From Asterionella formosa (lineage: Eukaryota): a stretch of 64,000 nt of DNA. Where the stretch lies: NCBI GenBank assembly GCA_002256025.1, contig NKIB01012647.1, positions 1-64,000 on the forward strand, in the 5' to 3' direction. The translations under genes and the position numbers were made by a program. Within the stretch, counting starts at the first letter, position 1; the number at the start of each line of letters is the position of its first letter. Below the pieces are notes generated by a model. The model worked only from the letters and a program-made list of their open reading frames with translations, was not told where the DNA came from and made no database searches. This document shows, piece by piece, positions 23,762 through 35,524 of the stretch.

Positions 23762-23945
23762 CACAGTACAAACGCCATATTCTATTGTAATAAGGGGAAT
23801 ACGGGAAACAATGCTGGTAGTGCAAACCTACAGTTCCACAGTACGCACGTAGAAATGAGTACAGTTTCACAGTACAAACGGCATAATTTTATATTGTAAC
23901 AAGAAGGGGAAGACGGAAATACTGGTAGGGCAAACCTACAGTCTC
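23762..23945 (+). repeat. Tandem duplication, about 106-bp period
   Basis: CACAGTACAAACG...TATTGTAA...CTGGTAG-GCAAACCTACAGT at about 23762 and 23868. Confidence 0.75.
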
Positions 23946-25734
23946 AAACTTGTGACGACAACCTTGTAACATCAAATAGTCCTGCCTTGGAAATAGCCAT
24001 ATGATTGTGAACCATCACATGAAACCACGACAAGTAGCTAACCTTGTTCGGTATAATATTAAATATTAGTTACGTGAAGTGCGCAACCATAAACTGTAGC
24101 ATGAATTAGTAAGACACCACAAATGTCCTTACTATTTCACAAAGGAAGATGCATGTTGTAAATGAATTAGCCTCAAGAGCAGGACTTAGTTGAACTTTGA
24201 AATGAATTATTTGAAACATCAACTAATTCAGTCTCGAGTTCAAAGTTTTTTGTGGAATCTTCACATGAAACCTTTAAAACTTCACGTGAAACCGTTAAAA
24301 GTAACCTTTTCTATGGGAAGAGTAGCATTAATTCATGTGAAGTACCACATAATTAACACTCCTATGTTGAACAACAAATTTCGAAAAGAGGCGTATTTCG
24401 CGGCTTAGTAGATGTACTTCCTCAATTTGTGGTAAGTGAAGATAGAGCGAAATGCATGCTGTTGTGTGAGCAAAAGATGAACAGCAAACAATGAATTGCT
24501 TCTCTTTGTTAGTATGATTGGGACAACAAAACGGACTGAATAGTAATGGGAAAATGAATGCAAAATCAGAACCGTCATGAGAAAATGGAACAACGCAGGG
24601 GAACAAGGGCGAGGCAACCACCAGTACAACAACCTTCAGAATTGGATTGGGGGGAAGGTGGAAGTGAAAGCACCAATCATTGCGATGAGAGAATTGTAGA
24701 ACATTCTGTAGCCACTCAAGATATAGAAACATTGAACAATTCTTAAATATAGCTCTAAATTTCGATCCATTTCATCCTATTTCAGACAGTGATTTCGATG
24801 AGAATTACGATCATGTTAAGATAGATGTATGACAAAAGTATACACATCATAGGCCCATGTTTAACTAATTATATGATGCAATGGTATTATAACTATGATA
24901 GTATCATCATACTTCAAGCTTGGTAAAAGTTTACTGCATGATCATAATTATATGATACATTGATAATATTTTTGATCGAAAAACTATCATATATGTAAAA
25001 ATCCTGTACCACTTAGCGTATGATACCTTTGATCCTAGTATATGCATGATAGTTTTTATTTGCAGAGACAATCCACTTCAGTACTACTAGTATCTGTAGC
25101 AAGTGACTGCATTGTTTGTTTGTTGGGGTTGGTGGGATGATCTTGGTGGATGGTGGTCTCCACATCAACAGTCATTATCTGTGTTTGTATGATTGGTTCC
25201 ATATGCCGCGGCTCCACTTGCCTTGCTTGTATTGTCAGGGAGAATCCAAGAATGACTGATCTGTTGTAACAAAACACTTGGGAGTTATAAGATGACTGAT
25301 GTAAGTCAGTGGCAAGTCACCAAGATATTAGTTTCTGTCTGGTGCTGCATAAATATATATATGGTATTGCTTGGATATACGCAGCCAGCATAAAATAAAA
25401 GGAATATATGCCACTAAAATTAGTGCCTTCTTGCAGGTGTATTTTCGGTTATTTTATTAGTGACAATGGAAATGATGCCTGCATGAAAACGTCAGTATCA
25501 CTCATACCATTTTTGGAGGGGGCAAAAAACGGTATCAATTTGTATCATTGATACAAAATTGATACCATCAAGTTACCGTTACTGATACCATGTTTTGATA
25601 CCAATCGTCACTTTTTGCCCGCAACCCGGAAATGATACAGCGAATTCGGAATGATATATCATCGCTGATGAAATTATAGGTTTGACATACCAATAATACG
25701 TAGAATCTACGCAATTTCAGACGCGGAGAAACAA

Positions 25735-26160
25735 GCTACCTAGAGTATACCGGCACCTGGTACCAGGTAGAGTACCGGTACCAGGAACCTGGTACCACTA
25801 CCGGTATGTATGGATTCATTCATGCGCAAATATCGTTCAAATTTATCATACCTTGAGTAGTATTTGCCATGACTCAATCAATACAATATGTACCAGTACC
25901 TGTAGTAGCACCGGCCTAAGTATTTAATGGTACCAGGTACCTTGGTACCAGCAGGTTGTATTCTTGTTTCTTGGTGCTGCTTGAGATGGTCTTGCCAAGT
26001 CATGGCATATGATAGTGGGTACCAGGTACCAGGGGGTACCTGGTACTCCACCTGTTACTGGTACCAGGTCGTAAATACCAGGTATATATAACAGGTACCA
26101 GTACCATTTGAGTATTTGTCAGTAACAGGTACCTGGTCCCCGGTACCAGGGTACCATCAG
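25735..26160. repeat. Dense TA-CC(A/T)GG / TA-CCGG / TA-CCAG micro-repeat array upstream of CTL paralog 3
   Basis: Examples are CCTGGTACCAGGTAGAGTACCGGTACCAGG and GGTACCAGGTACCAGGGGGTACCTGGTAC. Similar tracts lie upstream of most genes in the window. Confidence 0.85.
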
Positions 26161-26343
26161 CTTCGGTAAGAATGTATCTAACGCACATGTATTTCTGCCT
26201 GCTCGACCAGGAAACAAGCAAGCAAGCAAACTTAACTAAATGTGGTCTGGGTCATATTGCCTTGTTGAGATTGCTCCGCCGTTGCTGAGCCCTGACCTAA
26301 TTCATTTATTCTTGTAATCCCTCCTTCTTATTTCAATTTCATC

Positions 26344-27960
26344 ATGACTGTGGTCGTCCAGGGAACGGCGGTCAGCGATCCCTACGGGAACGAAAGTTAT
26401 GGCAATAGTTCCCCTGCAGCAGGAACAGGCCAAGTTGTCAAGGGCGAGAAGCAAGAGTCCAAATGCCGCGATCCAATCTTTGCTCTTCTCTTGTACGGCA
26501 CGGTTGCAGCCATTGCCGCAATTGCATTTACCAAAGGTCTTCCTGCCTATCAGCAATCTGAAACTACTACTACTGCTTCGTACACCGGATACATGTACGC
26601 CGCTCTTATTTGCGGGGGGTTTTCGTTTGTCTTTTCTGGTTTCACCCTCGGGATCATGATGGCGATCCCAGAATTTCTCGTCAAATCATCTCTCATTTTC
26701 TCTGTTATCATTACTGGTGTCTGGGCTGTCTATGCTTTCCTTATTGGCCAGATCTTTTGGGGCATCATAGGCCTGATTTTCTTTGCAATTTCCGTTTGCT
26801 ACGCGCGAGCAGTGTGGTCCCGGATCCCCTTTGCGACGGCCAATCTTGTCACAGCAACTACGGCAGTGAAGTACAATCTTGGAGTTGCTTTAGTTGCATA
26901 CATTTTTGCTGCCTTGGCGCTTGCATGGGCCTGCTTGTGGACGCTTTCCTTGATAGGAGTCTGGGACGTGTCCTACAAGTGCACAACAACCGTTGTCGAT
27001 GGGAATCAAGTTCAAACCTGTTCTTCGAGTCCCAGTTACGGAGTCCTCTTTGCAATGTTTGTGGCTTTCTTCTTTGCCCAGCAGGTCCTTCAAAACACCG
27101 TGCATGTCGTCACTGCCGGAGTGGTGGGTAAGTTGAACTATTGCTGAAATACGTCTCACCAGTTCCATTGCCCCACTTACCATATTGAATTTTACAGGTA
27201 CTTGGTGGTTCTCCCCCGAAGATTCTGGATGCTGCGCTGCATCTGTCACTGGATCTTTTGTTCGCGCCGTGACAACGTCGTTTGGATCCATTTGCTTTGG
27301 GTCATTGATTGTTGCCATTATACAGGCATTGCGACAACTTGCCCATCAAGCCCGTAATAACGGAGATGGTGGCGTTGTAGTCTGTATTGCAGAGTGCATC
27401 CTGGCTTGTTTGCAAAGCATTGCCGAATATTTCAACCAGTGGGCATTTATTTATGGTGCGTCCTTGTTTTGGTCCTTGTTTTGGTAGCATTCAAAGCAAA
27501 TGATTGTTGCTAACACCTCCCAATTTCTATATTCCAATCCTCAGTTGGTCTTTACGGTTACAGCTACTTGGAGGCTGGAAAGAATGTGTTTACACTATTC
27601 CGTAATCGAGGATGGGACGCAGTGATTGCAGACGACTTGGTTGGTAACGTCTTGTTCTTGGTTAGTTTTGTAGTAGGGGGTATTGCCGGCGTAATTGGTC
27701 TCATTCTTTCGAAAACGACTAACTTCTTTGACGAAGCCGAGGACGATACGGGCCTTAGCGCGGGAGGTTTTGCGTTTTTGCTTGGTTTCATTATTGGTTT
27801 GTTAATTTGCAGCGTTTTGATGAGCACTGTTGGTAGCGCTGTGAATGCAGTCATTGTTCTTTTCGCTGAGGCACCTGCTGAGTTCCAGCAAAACTATCCC
27901 GATCTCTCAGGTCAGATGAGGGCTGCTTGGATGGGCGCATTTCCCAATGCTCTTCAGTAG
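26344..27960 (+). CDS. CTL: Choline transporter-like (CTL/SLC44) protein, paralog 3; exons 26344-27127, 27198-27455, 27545-27960 (485 aa)
   Basis: Splicing the GT-AG introns 27128-27197 and 27456-27544 restores the conserved AGVVGTWWF and AFIYVGLYGYSY motifs seen in the intronless paralogs. Confidence 0.9.
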
Positions 27961-28166
27961 ACTCGACACCGGGCTGAATGTTGTCAAATTGTGTGTGCTT
28001 TAGAACTTAAGTCAAGCAAGTAAATTTACAATTAATTGATGTTGATTCATTTCCGCCTTGTAGGCAGAAATATCATGTGCCTAGAGCAGGTACAGAGTTC
28101 AAATTATACCAGTTAGGACAGTAGCTGCTTCTATTCCTGTCATTGTGAATATGATAAACAAATGCT

Positions 28167-28703
28167 TCAGTCGTTCAAGTCATCGTCGTCCTCTGTTTCC
28201 TCTTCACTGCTACTATCACTCAAATTCATATCTGCTTCCAACACTTGCTGCGCCTGTCTTGGTCTATTGGCAGAAGACGCTGTGGTGGCTCCTTGTTGAA
28301 CTGCTGGTGGTTGTGACGTGACTAGTACGTGAGGGACATCGACCGGCTTTGCCGCTTCCGCTTCTTTTTTCCGTTTTTTCGTTCGTTCCTGCTCTGCCTG
28401 CGCTAATTCCAATTGCAACGTCCCCAACGCTCCACCCCGCAATTGATGAGGAAGAGGATTAGGAGTTGCAAACCCCATGACGGGAGCTTGAGGATTCCAA
28501 CCGGCAGGTGCCGATGTCCGAGACGCCAATTTGCGTGCCAAGTGCAACACATGTTCAACATCTTGCATGGACAGTGATGGGAGCGACAACCATGGACTAG
28601 CCTTTTCCAAAGCTTCCGTCAGGGAGTGCTCGACCTCAACGAGAGACTGAGTCTGATCGAGCTGATACAATTGTTCTTCCGCTGTTGTCCTTGTTGTCGT
28701 CAT
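28167..28703 (-). CDS. MED4: Mediator complex subunit 4-like protein
   Basis: VLHLARKLASRTSAPAGWNP...PNPLPHQLRGGAL matches the Med4 pattern 'L..A.KIS..TSAP.GW....P.P....MR.G.L'. It has an acidic DSSSEEE tail. Confidence 0.7.
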   Translation of the reverse strand: MTTTRTTAEEQLYQLDQTQSLVEVEHSLTEALEKASPWLSLPSLSMQDVEHVLHLARKLASRTSAPAGWNPQAPVMGFATPNPLPHQLRGGALGTLQLELAQAEQERTKKRKKEAEAAKPVDVPHVLVTSQPPAVQQGATTASSANRPRQAQQVLEADMNLSDSSSEEETEDDDDLND

Positions 28704-29178
28704 GGTTCTAATAAACTATTAGTCTATCATTCTATATTGATAGAGTGCTAAAATAAAATGGAAAAGAGCTTTACATATGCCGGAATGTAGAGGAATATTA
28801 TTATTTATCCGGTAAAAGCAAGTAAACCGGTACGTTTACTTGTTTTTTATGTACAATTTTATGGACCGGTACCCTGGTAATCGAAAAATGACATTTGCTT
28901 TACTGTTTGCTTCCTATATATTTCATATTTTGATTTATTTTACAAGCTGAAACTGTGAGTAGCCTATCTTAGGACTCATGTAGAGCATTGTAGTAGGCTC
29001 CCATGTTACTAGCAAGGATTGTGGCTGCAGAAGCTTTACTGGACATTTTTAAAAGCTAAATGTGATGTTTTCAGAGGTCCAAATAATATTCATTTGCCCT
29101 ACATGTACACTTTGTGATGAGGCTACGAGTCAAAATAGTTGTTCTTAAAAATGGTTCCAGTAGCCAACACCAAATATA

Positions 29179-30621
29179 CTAACACAACGCCTGAGTCTTG
29201 ACCTCCTTAATAACTCTGAGGACTTCCGTCATTTGATCGCTTGATCCTTCCAGTAGCTCATTCTCGTATTCCACTGATGAGGGTTCCATTGCATCATAAT
29301 TCAATCGCTCATAAAATGCCTCGGACGCCTTGGATGCCTGCACTCGCTCAATAAACAAGCGCACCTCTTGATGCAGTTCGCCGGCGCCACTCGTCAATTC
29401 GGCGAATGGGCAGCTAAACATCGCCCTAGATCCATCCTTATATGTATTCGTCTGTCTGGCCATTGCGGCATTAAGTCGATGCTCTGTGTCCCAGTCGGAA
29501 TGCAACATCAGCATTGGGATCTGCGCATAATAGCATTCTGCAGCTAGATTGCAACCAGCACTACCAATGATCCCATCGGCAATAGTCATGATAGGTACAA
29601 AATAAGCTGCATCGTCAATACGAATCAAGCGCCCTTCCGCTTCCATGGTTGATGGCGCAACTTCCAGTTCCCCAAAAACGATAACATCAATTCCCTCTTC
29701 CAACAATGCGTTGACTAGTTTGCCTCCATTCTTGTCTCGGAAATATGACGAAACCACTCGCCGATGTTTAGTTGGGCTTTTGCTGTTCGACATGTCGAAT
29801 GCCGCAATTTGATTAGCTCGCAAACGAGCAATCTCTTGTACCGCTTCCCTTGCACCAATGTGTACCATGTTGGGAAGAGGCACATGATTGAACCCAATTT
29901 TATAGTCGGCCCATAAATTGTTGAATGAGTTTTTGCGATTCTCCACCTTCCACGCTTTCTTGTACGACAGATTGGACGTCACCCACGATGGCGGGGGCTG
30001 CACAAAGATGTTACCATGTACCAATGCGAGGGTGGGTATGCCATTCCACCAACCTTGGACAAGACCTGCAACATCCCCGTCGGTAATAATAAGTAGCGGC
30101 CGAGAGAGGAATGGACTTCGAACAGATGCTTTCAGCCCCAAATATAGTCGCTCGAAAAATGGTTCCTGCATGGTTGCTTGTGCGATGTGAGTGTATCGGA
30201 GTAGTTCTCTCTGAATCGGTTCGACGACAGGGGGTTGTTCCCCTCTAAGAATTGTGTCAATAACTTGTGGATCATAGGGAGCAGGCTGAACCGGTGGATC
30301 TCTACCAGCGAAGAGCCTGAATTTGTATCCCAACTTGGCCAAGGCTTCGATAGTTACAATGGCCCCAGCCCAATGGCCATGACCTCTTGAATGAATATGG
30401 AATTCAATGAGTGTGTCGTCTCGAGGCCAACAGATCAATCTCCTGTAGGCTACTACCATCCCAACTAACAGGAAAGCAACGACAACCAGGAGCAACTTCC
30501 GGTCTCCGACGATGCGTCTTGCAGTCCTTATTCGAAAGGATCGATTGCGCAACCCGTGATTTTCTTCGCTAGACAAAACTTCGAGGATAACGAGTCGCGG
30601 TGAGAAGCTAGCCCTTATCAT
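29179..30621 (-). CDS. Type II membrane GT-B fold glycosyltransferase (MurG/GT28- or MJ1255-like)
   Basis: N-terminal transmembrane anchor, then HSRGHGH, LIITDGD, IIGSAGCNLAAECYYAQIPML and TEHRLNA, which correspond to the G.GH / AG...L..E / EQ..NA GT-B motifs. Confidence 0.7.
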   Translation of the reverse strand: MIRASFSPRLVILEVLSSEENHGLRNRSFRIRTARRIVGDRKLLLVVVAFLLVGMVVAYRRLICWPRDDTLIEFHIHSRGHGHWAGAIVTIEALAKLGYKFRLFAGRDPPVQPAPYDPQVIDTILRGEQPPVVEPIQRELLRYTHIAQATMQEPFFERLYLGLKASVRSPFLSRPLLIITDGDVAGLVQGWWNGIPTLALVHGNIFVQPPPSWVTSNLSYKKAWKVENRKNSFNNLWADYKIGFNHVPLPNMVHIGAREAVQEIARLRANQIAAFDMSNSKSPTKHRRVVSSYFRDKNGGKLVNALLEEGIDVIVFGELEVAPSTMEAEGRLIRIDDAAYFVPIMTIADGIIGSAGCNLAAECYYAQIPMLMLHSDWDTEHRLNAAMARQTNTYKDGSRAMFSCPFAELTSGAGELHQEVRLFIERVQASKASEAFYERLNYDAMEPSSVEYENELLEGSSDQMTEVLRVIKEVKTQALC

Positions 30622-31130
30622 GCACGGAACTAAAAATTATAAGGAGACAACAATGCCCTCTGATTTTCCGCTGAATCTGAATTCAGACTTCAGACGCACA
30701 CGACATTCCAGATTCCCACACAAGTCTTACCGCTATCATCAGAAGGTGTTGACAAAGAAATTGATCTTCGTCCGAGCTCACGCCTGCGTATATCGGAAGC
30801 CTCCAATGTCATGGTCTCGATGGCGATGCCTTGGCTTGTTTCGAACCGATTTGCACAAAATAACAATGTGATTGATTATATATACGGTGTAAAATATTTA
30901 CCTGTATACTTGCACATAAATATTACTGCCGGTTCAAAATTTGTCGAATGTAAGCAAAGACTGCTGGAGGCGCAGTGGAGTACATAAAACCGTTTCCTGG
31001 TAGTGCTTCGAACCTATTTGAAAAGGGCAATAGAAAATCATTGAAAAAGAATCATAATTAGTTTTGTATTTTAATAGCTAAATAAATATTGTTTCATCAT
31101 GCCAATCGAGTGATTCGAAATGAGGGGTCG

Positions 31131-31809
31131 ATCGCTGTCATTTCGATTTTCAACTACCAGGTACCGGTACTTCATCTCTCAGCAAATCTTGGCAGAATTC
31201 ATGGGAATTTACATGCTTTGTCTTCAATCATCACGCTTGTACACGCAGGACAAAAGCAAAGAGCAGTATGATAATCTGTCTAGACTAGTAGAAATTGCCT
31301 AATAAGAGTAGACAAAAGCTAAATCTTAGTATGGGAGAAAACGAAGCGTTAACTTCGTACTTGCCAGTATCAAAGGCAGTGTTAAGTTCTAGTCGCACGT
31401 TGAGGCTCGAAAACTCGGACTTCTAGGGGTGGGATGGAAAAGGAAGAAATGAGTGTGAGGAACCACAAAGAAACATCAGAACCGCAATGGGATCATTGTG
31501 ACCTGATAAACATAAATTCGTGAGTGCAAGACAAGCAAGTGGGCACTGGATGTGCATAATTTCGACTGGCGACTTTGGCTCAAGTAGCCAACCTGAGCTA
31601 CTGCTCCAGCAATGCTCGATCATGACTCTGGACATTCAGCCAACTTACAAAAGTATGTCCATGCACCTGTAATACAGTTGGTTTAAATTGGTCATCTCGC
31701 AATTGAGCATTCCAGACTTAAGCTTTCTTCATATGAGAAGGCTTAAGTCTGGAATGCTGCCAAGATTTGCCAAGAGATGAAGAAGTCGAAAATCGAAAAT
31801 CACAGCGAT
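31131..31809. mobile_element. MITE-like element with about 55-bp inverted arms
   Basis: ATCGCTGTCATTTTCGATTTTC...CTTCATCTCT..GCAAATCTTGGCAG matches the reverse complement of 31757-31809. The left arm carries a 13-bp insertion. Confidence 0.65.
31706..31758. repeat. Hairpin, 23-bp arms
   Basis: AGCATTCCAGACTTAAGC-T-TTCT/TCATATG/AGAA-G-GCTTAAGTCTGGAATGCT. Confidence 0.9.
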
Positions 31810-32249
31810 ATCATAGTAATGTTTGGAGATTCATCACTTGTATGTCTGGACATAGAAACATTTGTAGACTTTGTTCTCCCTCTGGTTACAAAAAATAAGC
31901 TAGTACAGTGAAAAATACAACTTCCTCACAATAAATATTAAATTGTCACACTTCTCTGGCATCGTCATCATTGTCCTCAGTTTACCTTGATTGCTTGGTG
32001 TCTTCACTTGCAGGATCTCAGTTGATTGTAGTGTTTAGGTAGCCGCTTGGAGTTGAGGGAATTGTGCCCCCCATTGTCCCTGATGTCACAACAAATGGAG
32101 AAACTTTCCAAGCAGTGATAACAATGATATGAGGAATGGGTTGATTGATAACTTGCACAATTGAAGTCGAAATATCCTTCAAGTCGAACCTTGTTGTGAT
32201 CTGAGGGATACTTAAGTCTACAAAGGCATTTGCATACAGACATATGAGT

Positions 32250-32745
32250 AATGAATCTCCAAAATTATGAAACCATCATGATTCAAGGAAAAAATGGAGT
32301 GGCAGCTAATGCTGTGGAAATCGAGGTTGATTGTAGACTTTGGTTCTGGTGGCATTCATGGTTTGGAAAGCTAGGTGCTAACAATGATCTAAATATTTTT
32401 CTCCGTTTTTCCATGATTTTCATCTGGAAGGACCCCAAAACCAGCTAACCTTTAGTACAATCAACAATCAGTAACACAATCTAAGGCATTATTGATAGGT
32501 GAAATTTACCTGAATTGGCATAAAATTGTTAAGAAAATTTCAGAGCCAGAAGGTGCAAAGCAGAGCTATTTCTTGATGTCTCAGGAGGAACAGCACAAGG
32601 ACGTACAGCGAGCATTTGGAGATCTACAGTCCAGGTGGAGGATCCTTGCTTATTTCATGTAACGTTTGGTCAGTGGGCGAGCGATATGAACAGTGTAATC
32701 AATGAAAGCATAATTTTGCACAGCATAATCATAAAGGATGAGACT
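32250..32745 (+). pseudogene. Degenerate plant-type PIF/Harbinger transposase remnant
   Basis: LWFWWHSWFGKLGANNDLNI, GEIYLNWHKIVKKISEPEG, QEEQHKDVQRAFGDLQSRWRIL and ILHSIIIKDE are decayed PIF motifs (WIWHAFFG.PGSNNDIN, DGIYP.W, RKDVERAFG.LQ.RW, ILHNMI..DE). Confidence 0.75.
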
Positions 32746-33082
32746 GAAAATACAAATATAAAACAAAATTGGTGAGTGACTTCTTGGTTGGCCACTCAGT
32801 GTATAGTTTTGATACATGAGGTAAGACATCGTCATCATGACTAAATCCCTCAGTCTCAAATCATTCACAAATTCTCACAAATGATACACACATGTAAGAA
32901 AATGTTGTAGATCACCCTAGGGAACAACTGACCGATTAAACCACTATTCCAAAATTGAATTGGGTGTCGGCATTTCGGGTCAACACATTTCTAATTGGCA
33001 AATGAAGTAGCCTTATAAGTTTGCTCTTTCTTAAAAAATCATTTCTCAGGCACAATTTTGGCCACTAAGTTGTCGTCATATT

Positions 33083-35524
33083 TCACTGCAGCTCGTGATA
33101 ATGAAGCATCAGCTTGACAACTTCATGCTGAACTTGATCGTCAATATACACACCTTGAGAGCCAAAGACTTCGTCAATAAACTCTAAATATGAATAATGT
33201 GGTGATCGCTTAGGTGCTGGTTCATGTCGCAGTTGTGGCCGAACTTCCGGCGGGAATAGAGGGTCTTTAGCCAGGTCGGGTACGTCCGTCGAGGCAAACA
33301 TGATGTTTCGATCAATATCAGTGAATCGATGGGCTTCAAAATCGAATTTGTCATTTTTGAGAAGGAGTCCCTCGCTAAATGCTCTGGGAAAGAGGACTCC
33401 ACTAGTGTTAAATGGAATCCAACCAAGCTCTAGACGTTCAAGATGACTGTTCCTTCCGATGACTTGATTGGTGGCTGCACCAAGAGCACAAGGTCCTGAA
33501 ACAAGTAAAATTGGGACTAAACGAATCTTCCAAGCCTCTGCAAGCTTCCCTGATGCTCGACACATTTCTCTCTCCATATCAAATAAATCGGCTCGCATTA
33601 AAACAAGATTAATCAATCGTTCCACAGCCTTTGCAATGACTGGATGACCAGGTGCAGCTGCAATTATGCCATTCCAAAGACAGAAGGGCTGATCGTGGGC
33701 AGTGGCAATTCCGTCATCTCGGGCTGTTAAAAAAGAAAGCGTTGGAGTGATAAAAGTATCAAGATTCGTTTCCAGCAAAAGATCTACATCTACATATAAT
33801 CCACCATCTCGCAGCAGCACAAGATATCGAAATAGGTCTGCCTTGAATGCGCCAGGCACCAACGCATCATACGACTCGAGGAAGCGAGCAGGAAAGTTGT
33901 CCTGGATGTATGATCGTACCTCGGTGTCATTATAAAACCTGTATTCCCATCCAGAATTTCTCCAGGAGTTTTGAAATCTGTATAACTGGGGATAGTGAGT
34001 AGGAGTGATATCCTCAAACCAAGTCTGGTGAATGATGCGGGGAATCATTCTTTGACCAACGCGTGGAGGAGGGACATTCACATTGACATCGACTTCCAGG
34101 ATTGTCTTTCCCTTTTGATAGTCGCCCGATTCACAAATGGATCGAGTATAGCACGTATTGCAGAAAATTGAGCAAACTTCATAAGTGCCAAGAAGTGATG
34201 CTTTGACACATCTATCGCAGAGCCAACCAGGCTCACACCCGACGGAACGAAGTAGGGATTGGTGCGAAGACTTTTGAGGTTGATCAAGATTCCCATTCGC
34301 CGAAATCGAAACTGAGATCGATTGTGGAGACGATACAGTTGAGAACGTCGTTGAGACTCGTTCGAGATACAGGACTTCCGAACCAGGGTCCTCTAGTATA
34401 GAAATTTCAGAAAGTGGTGCAAGGTTTGTATCTTGACAATTGTTAGCTGTGTTCGCAAACGTTAGTAACAACTTCTTTCCTTTATCTGCATCCAAGCCCT
34501 CGATCGGGTGACCAAGGAAGAAGACCAGCGTTGATTCCACATCTGCCAGCGATTCCCTTTTCTCCAGACTTTCAATCACGCATTGAAGAAGTGGATGCTG
34601 AGGAGGGGCGGCGATCAAATTCAGATATCCCTTTTCATCGTACTGAACAAATCCCATTTTGAAGCATTTCCCTTGTGGGGAACCCATGAGTTTCTGCATT
34701 TTCTCAATGCCATCGACATTGCGGGATGGATTAGTTGGACCGAATACGACTCCTCCATAGCGGTGAACAGCGCAAATCGACCACAACAAGACCTGTAGAT
34801 CATGGTGTCTCAAAGCGTCAAAGAGTGTAAGAAGATGTGGATAATTTTGTTTGATTAGCCCACGTAAATCGCTCAGGTCAAAAGCGACAAGATCATAGGA
34901 ATCATTCTGAACGAAAGGGCGAAAAGAGCTTCCAACGTTGGCTTGTAGAATCCTCTTTGGGAAAGGTGATGGACAATCCGTGTCCCAATTCATGGCCGAC
35001 GCCTCGACGAGTGCCATGACTTTCTTTCGACGAAACCTTCTAATAAGTACTTCGATGGACCAGCTCATTGCATCAAGCGCTACCGACCGATGTAGCCTGG
35101 CAAGAGGCAGCCCTAGCTCCTCTAGCAAAGCTTTCCGCTTAGCAAACACTTGCTTCCAGACATGCCGGCGAAACTTATGATCTACGTACGCACCAAGTAC
35201 ACCACCATTCATTGACTTGCGTCCGAAATAGTGTTTCTTGCGATCTGCAAGTAACGCAATGAATAGTGTGGCCAAGGTAAGTAGCAGGGACACTTTCAGC
35301 CAGCGTTTGTTGGACACTATCTTTTTGATTTGTCGGTACCGCATCTTGCCCTTTCTGATGTAGCTCCCACACTGACTTGAGACCATAACAGCCTTGTCGT
35401 GCAGAATTCCAATATTCAAACCAATTTGCCTGGCAGTCGGGCCATTTATCATTTCAACAGCCTTCTCGTTAATGATTCCAATGCGCTTGGCAGTCGCGCC
35501 TTTTATGATTTCAAATGGGTTCAT
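33083..35524 (-). CDS. GT32 (DxD; OCH1/SUR1-like) glycosyltransferase with an additional degenerate N-terminal GT32-like domain
   Basis: IPRIIHQTW, GAFKADLFRYLVLLRDGGLYVDVD and IIAAAPGHP motifs with an N-terminal transmembrane anchor. First in-frame ATG is at 35524. Confidence 0.85.
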   Translation of the reverse strand: MNPFEIIKGATAKRIGIINEKAVEMINGPTARQIGLNIGILHDKAVMVSSQCGSYIRKGKMRYRQIKKIVSNKRWLKVSLLLTLATLFIALLADRKKHYFGRKSMNGGVLGAYVDHKFRRHVWKQVFAKRKALLEELGLPLARLHRSVALDAMSWSIEVLIRRFRRKKVMALVEASAMNWDTDCPSPFPKRILQANVGSSFRPFVQNDSYDLVAFDLSDLRGLIKQNYPHLLTLFDALRHHDLQVLLWSICAVHRYGGVVFGPTNPSRNVDGIEKMQKLMGSPQGKCFKMGFVQYDEKGYLNLIAAPPQHPLLQCVIESLEKRESLADVESTLVFFLGHPIEGLDADKGKKLLLTFANTANNCQDTNLAPLSEISILEDPGSEVLYLERVSTTFSTVSSPQSISVSISANGNLDQPQKSSHQSLLRSVGCEPGWLCDRCVKASLLGTYEVCSIFCNTCYTRSICESGDYQKGKTILEVDVNVNVPPPRVGQRMIPRIIHQTWFEDITPTHYPQLYRFQNSWRNSGWEYRFYNDTEVRSYIQDNFPARFLESYDALVPGAFKADLFRYLVLLRDGGLYVDVDLLLETNLDTFITPTLSFLTARDDGIATAHDQPFCLWNGIIAAAPGHPVIAKAVERLINLVLMRADLFDMEREMCRASGKLAEAWKIRLVPILLVSGPCALGAATNQVIGRNSHLERLELGWIPFNTSGVLFPRAFSEGLLLKNDKFDFEAHRFTDIDRNIMFASTDVPDLAKDPLFPPEVRPQLRHEPAPKRSPHYSYLEFIDEVFGSQGVYIDDQVQHEVVKLMLHYHELQ

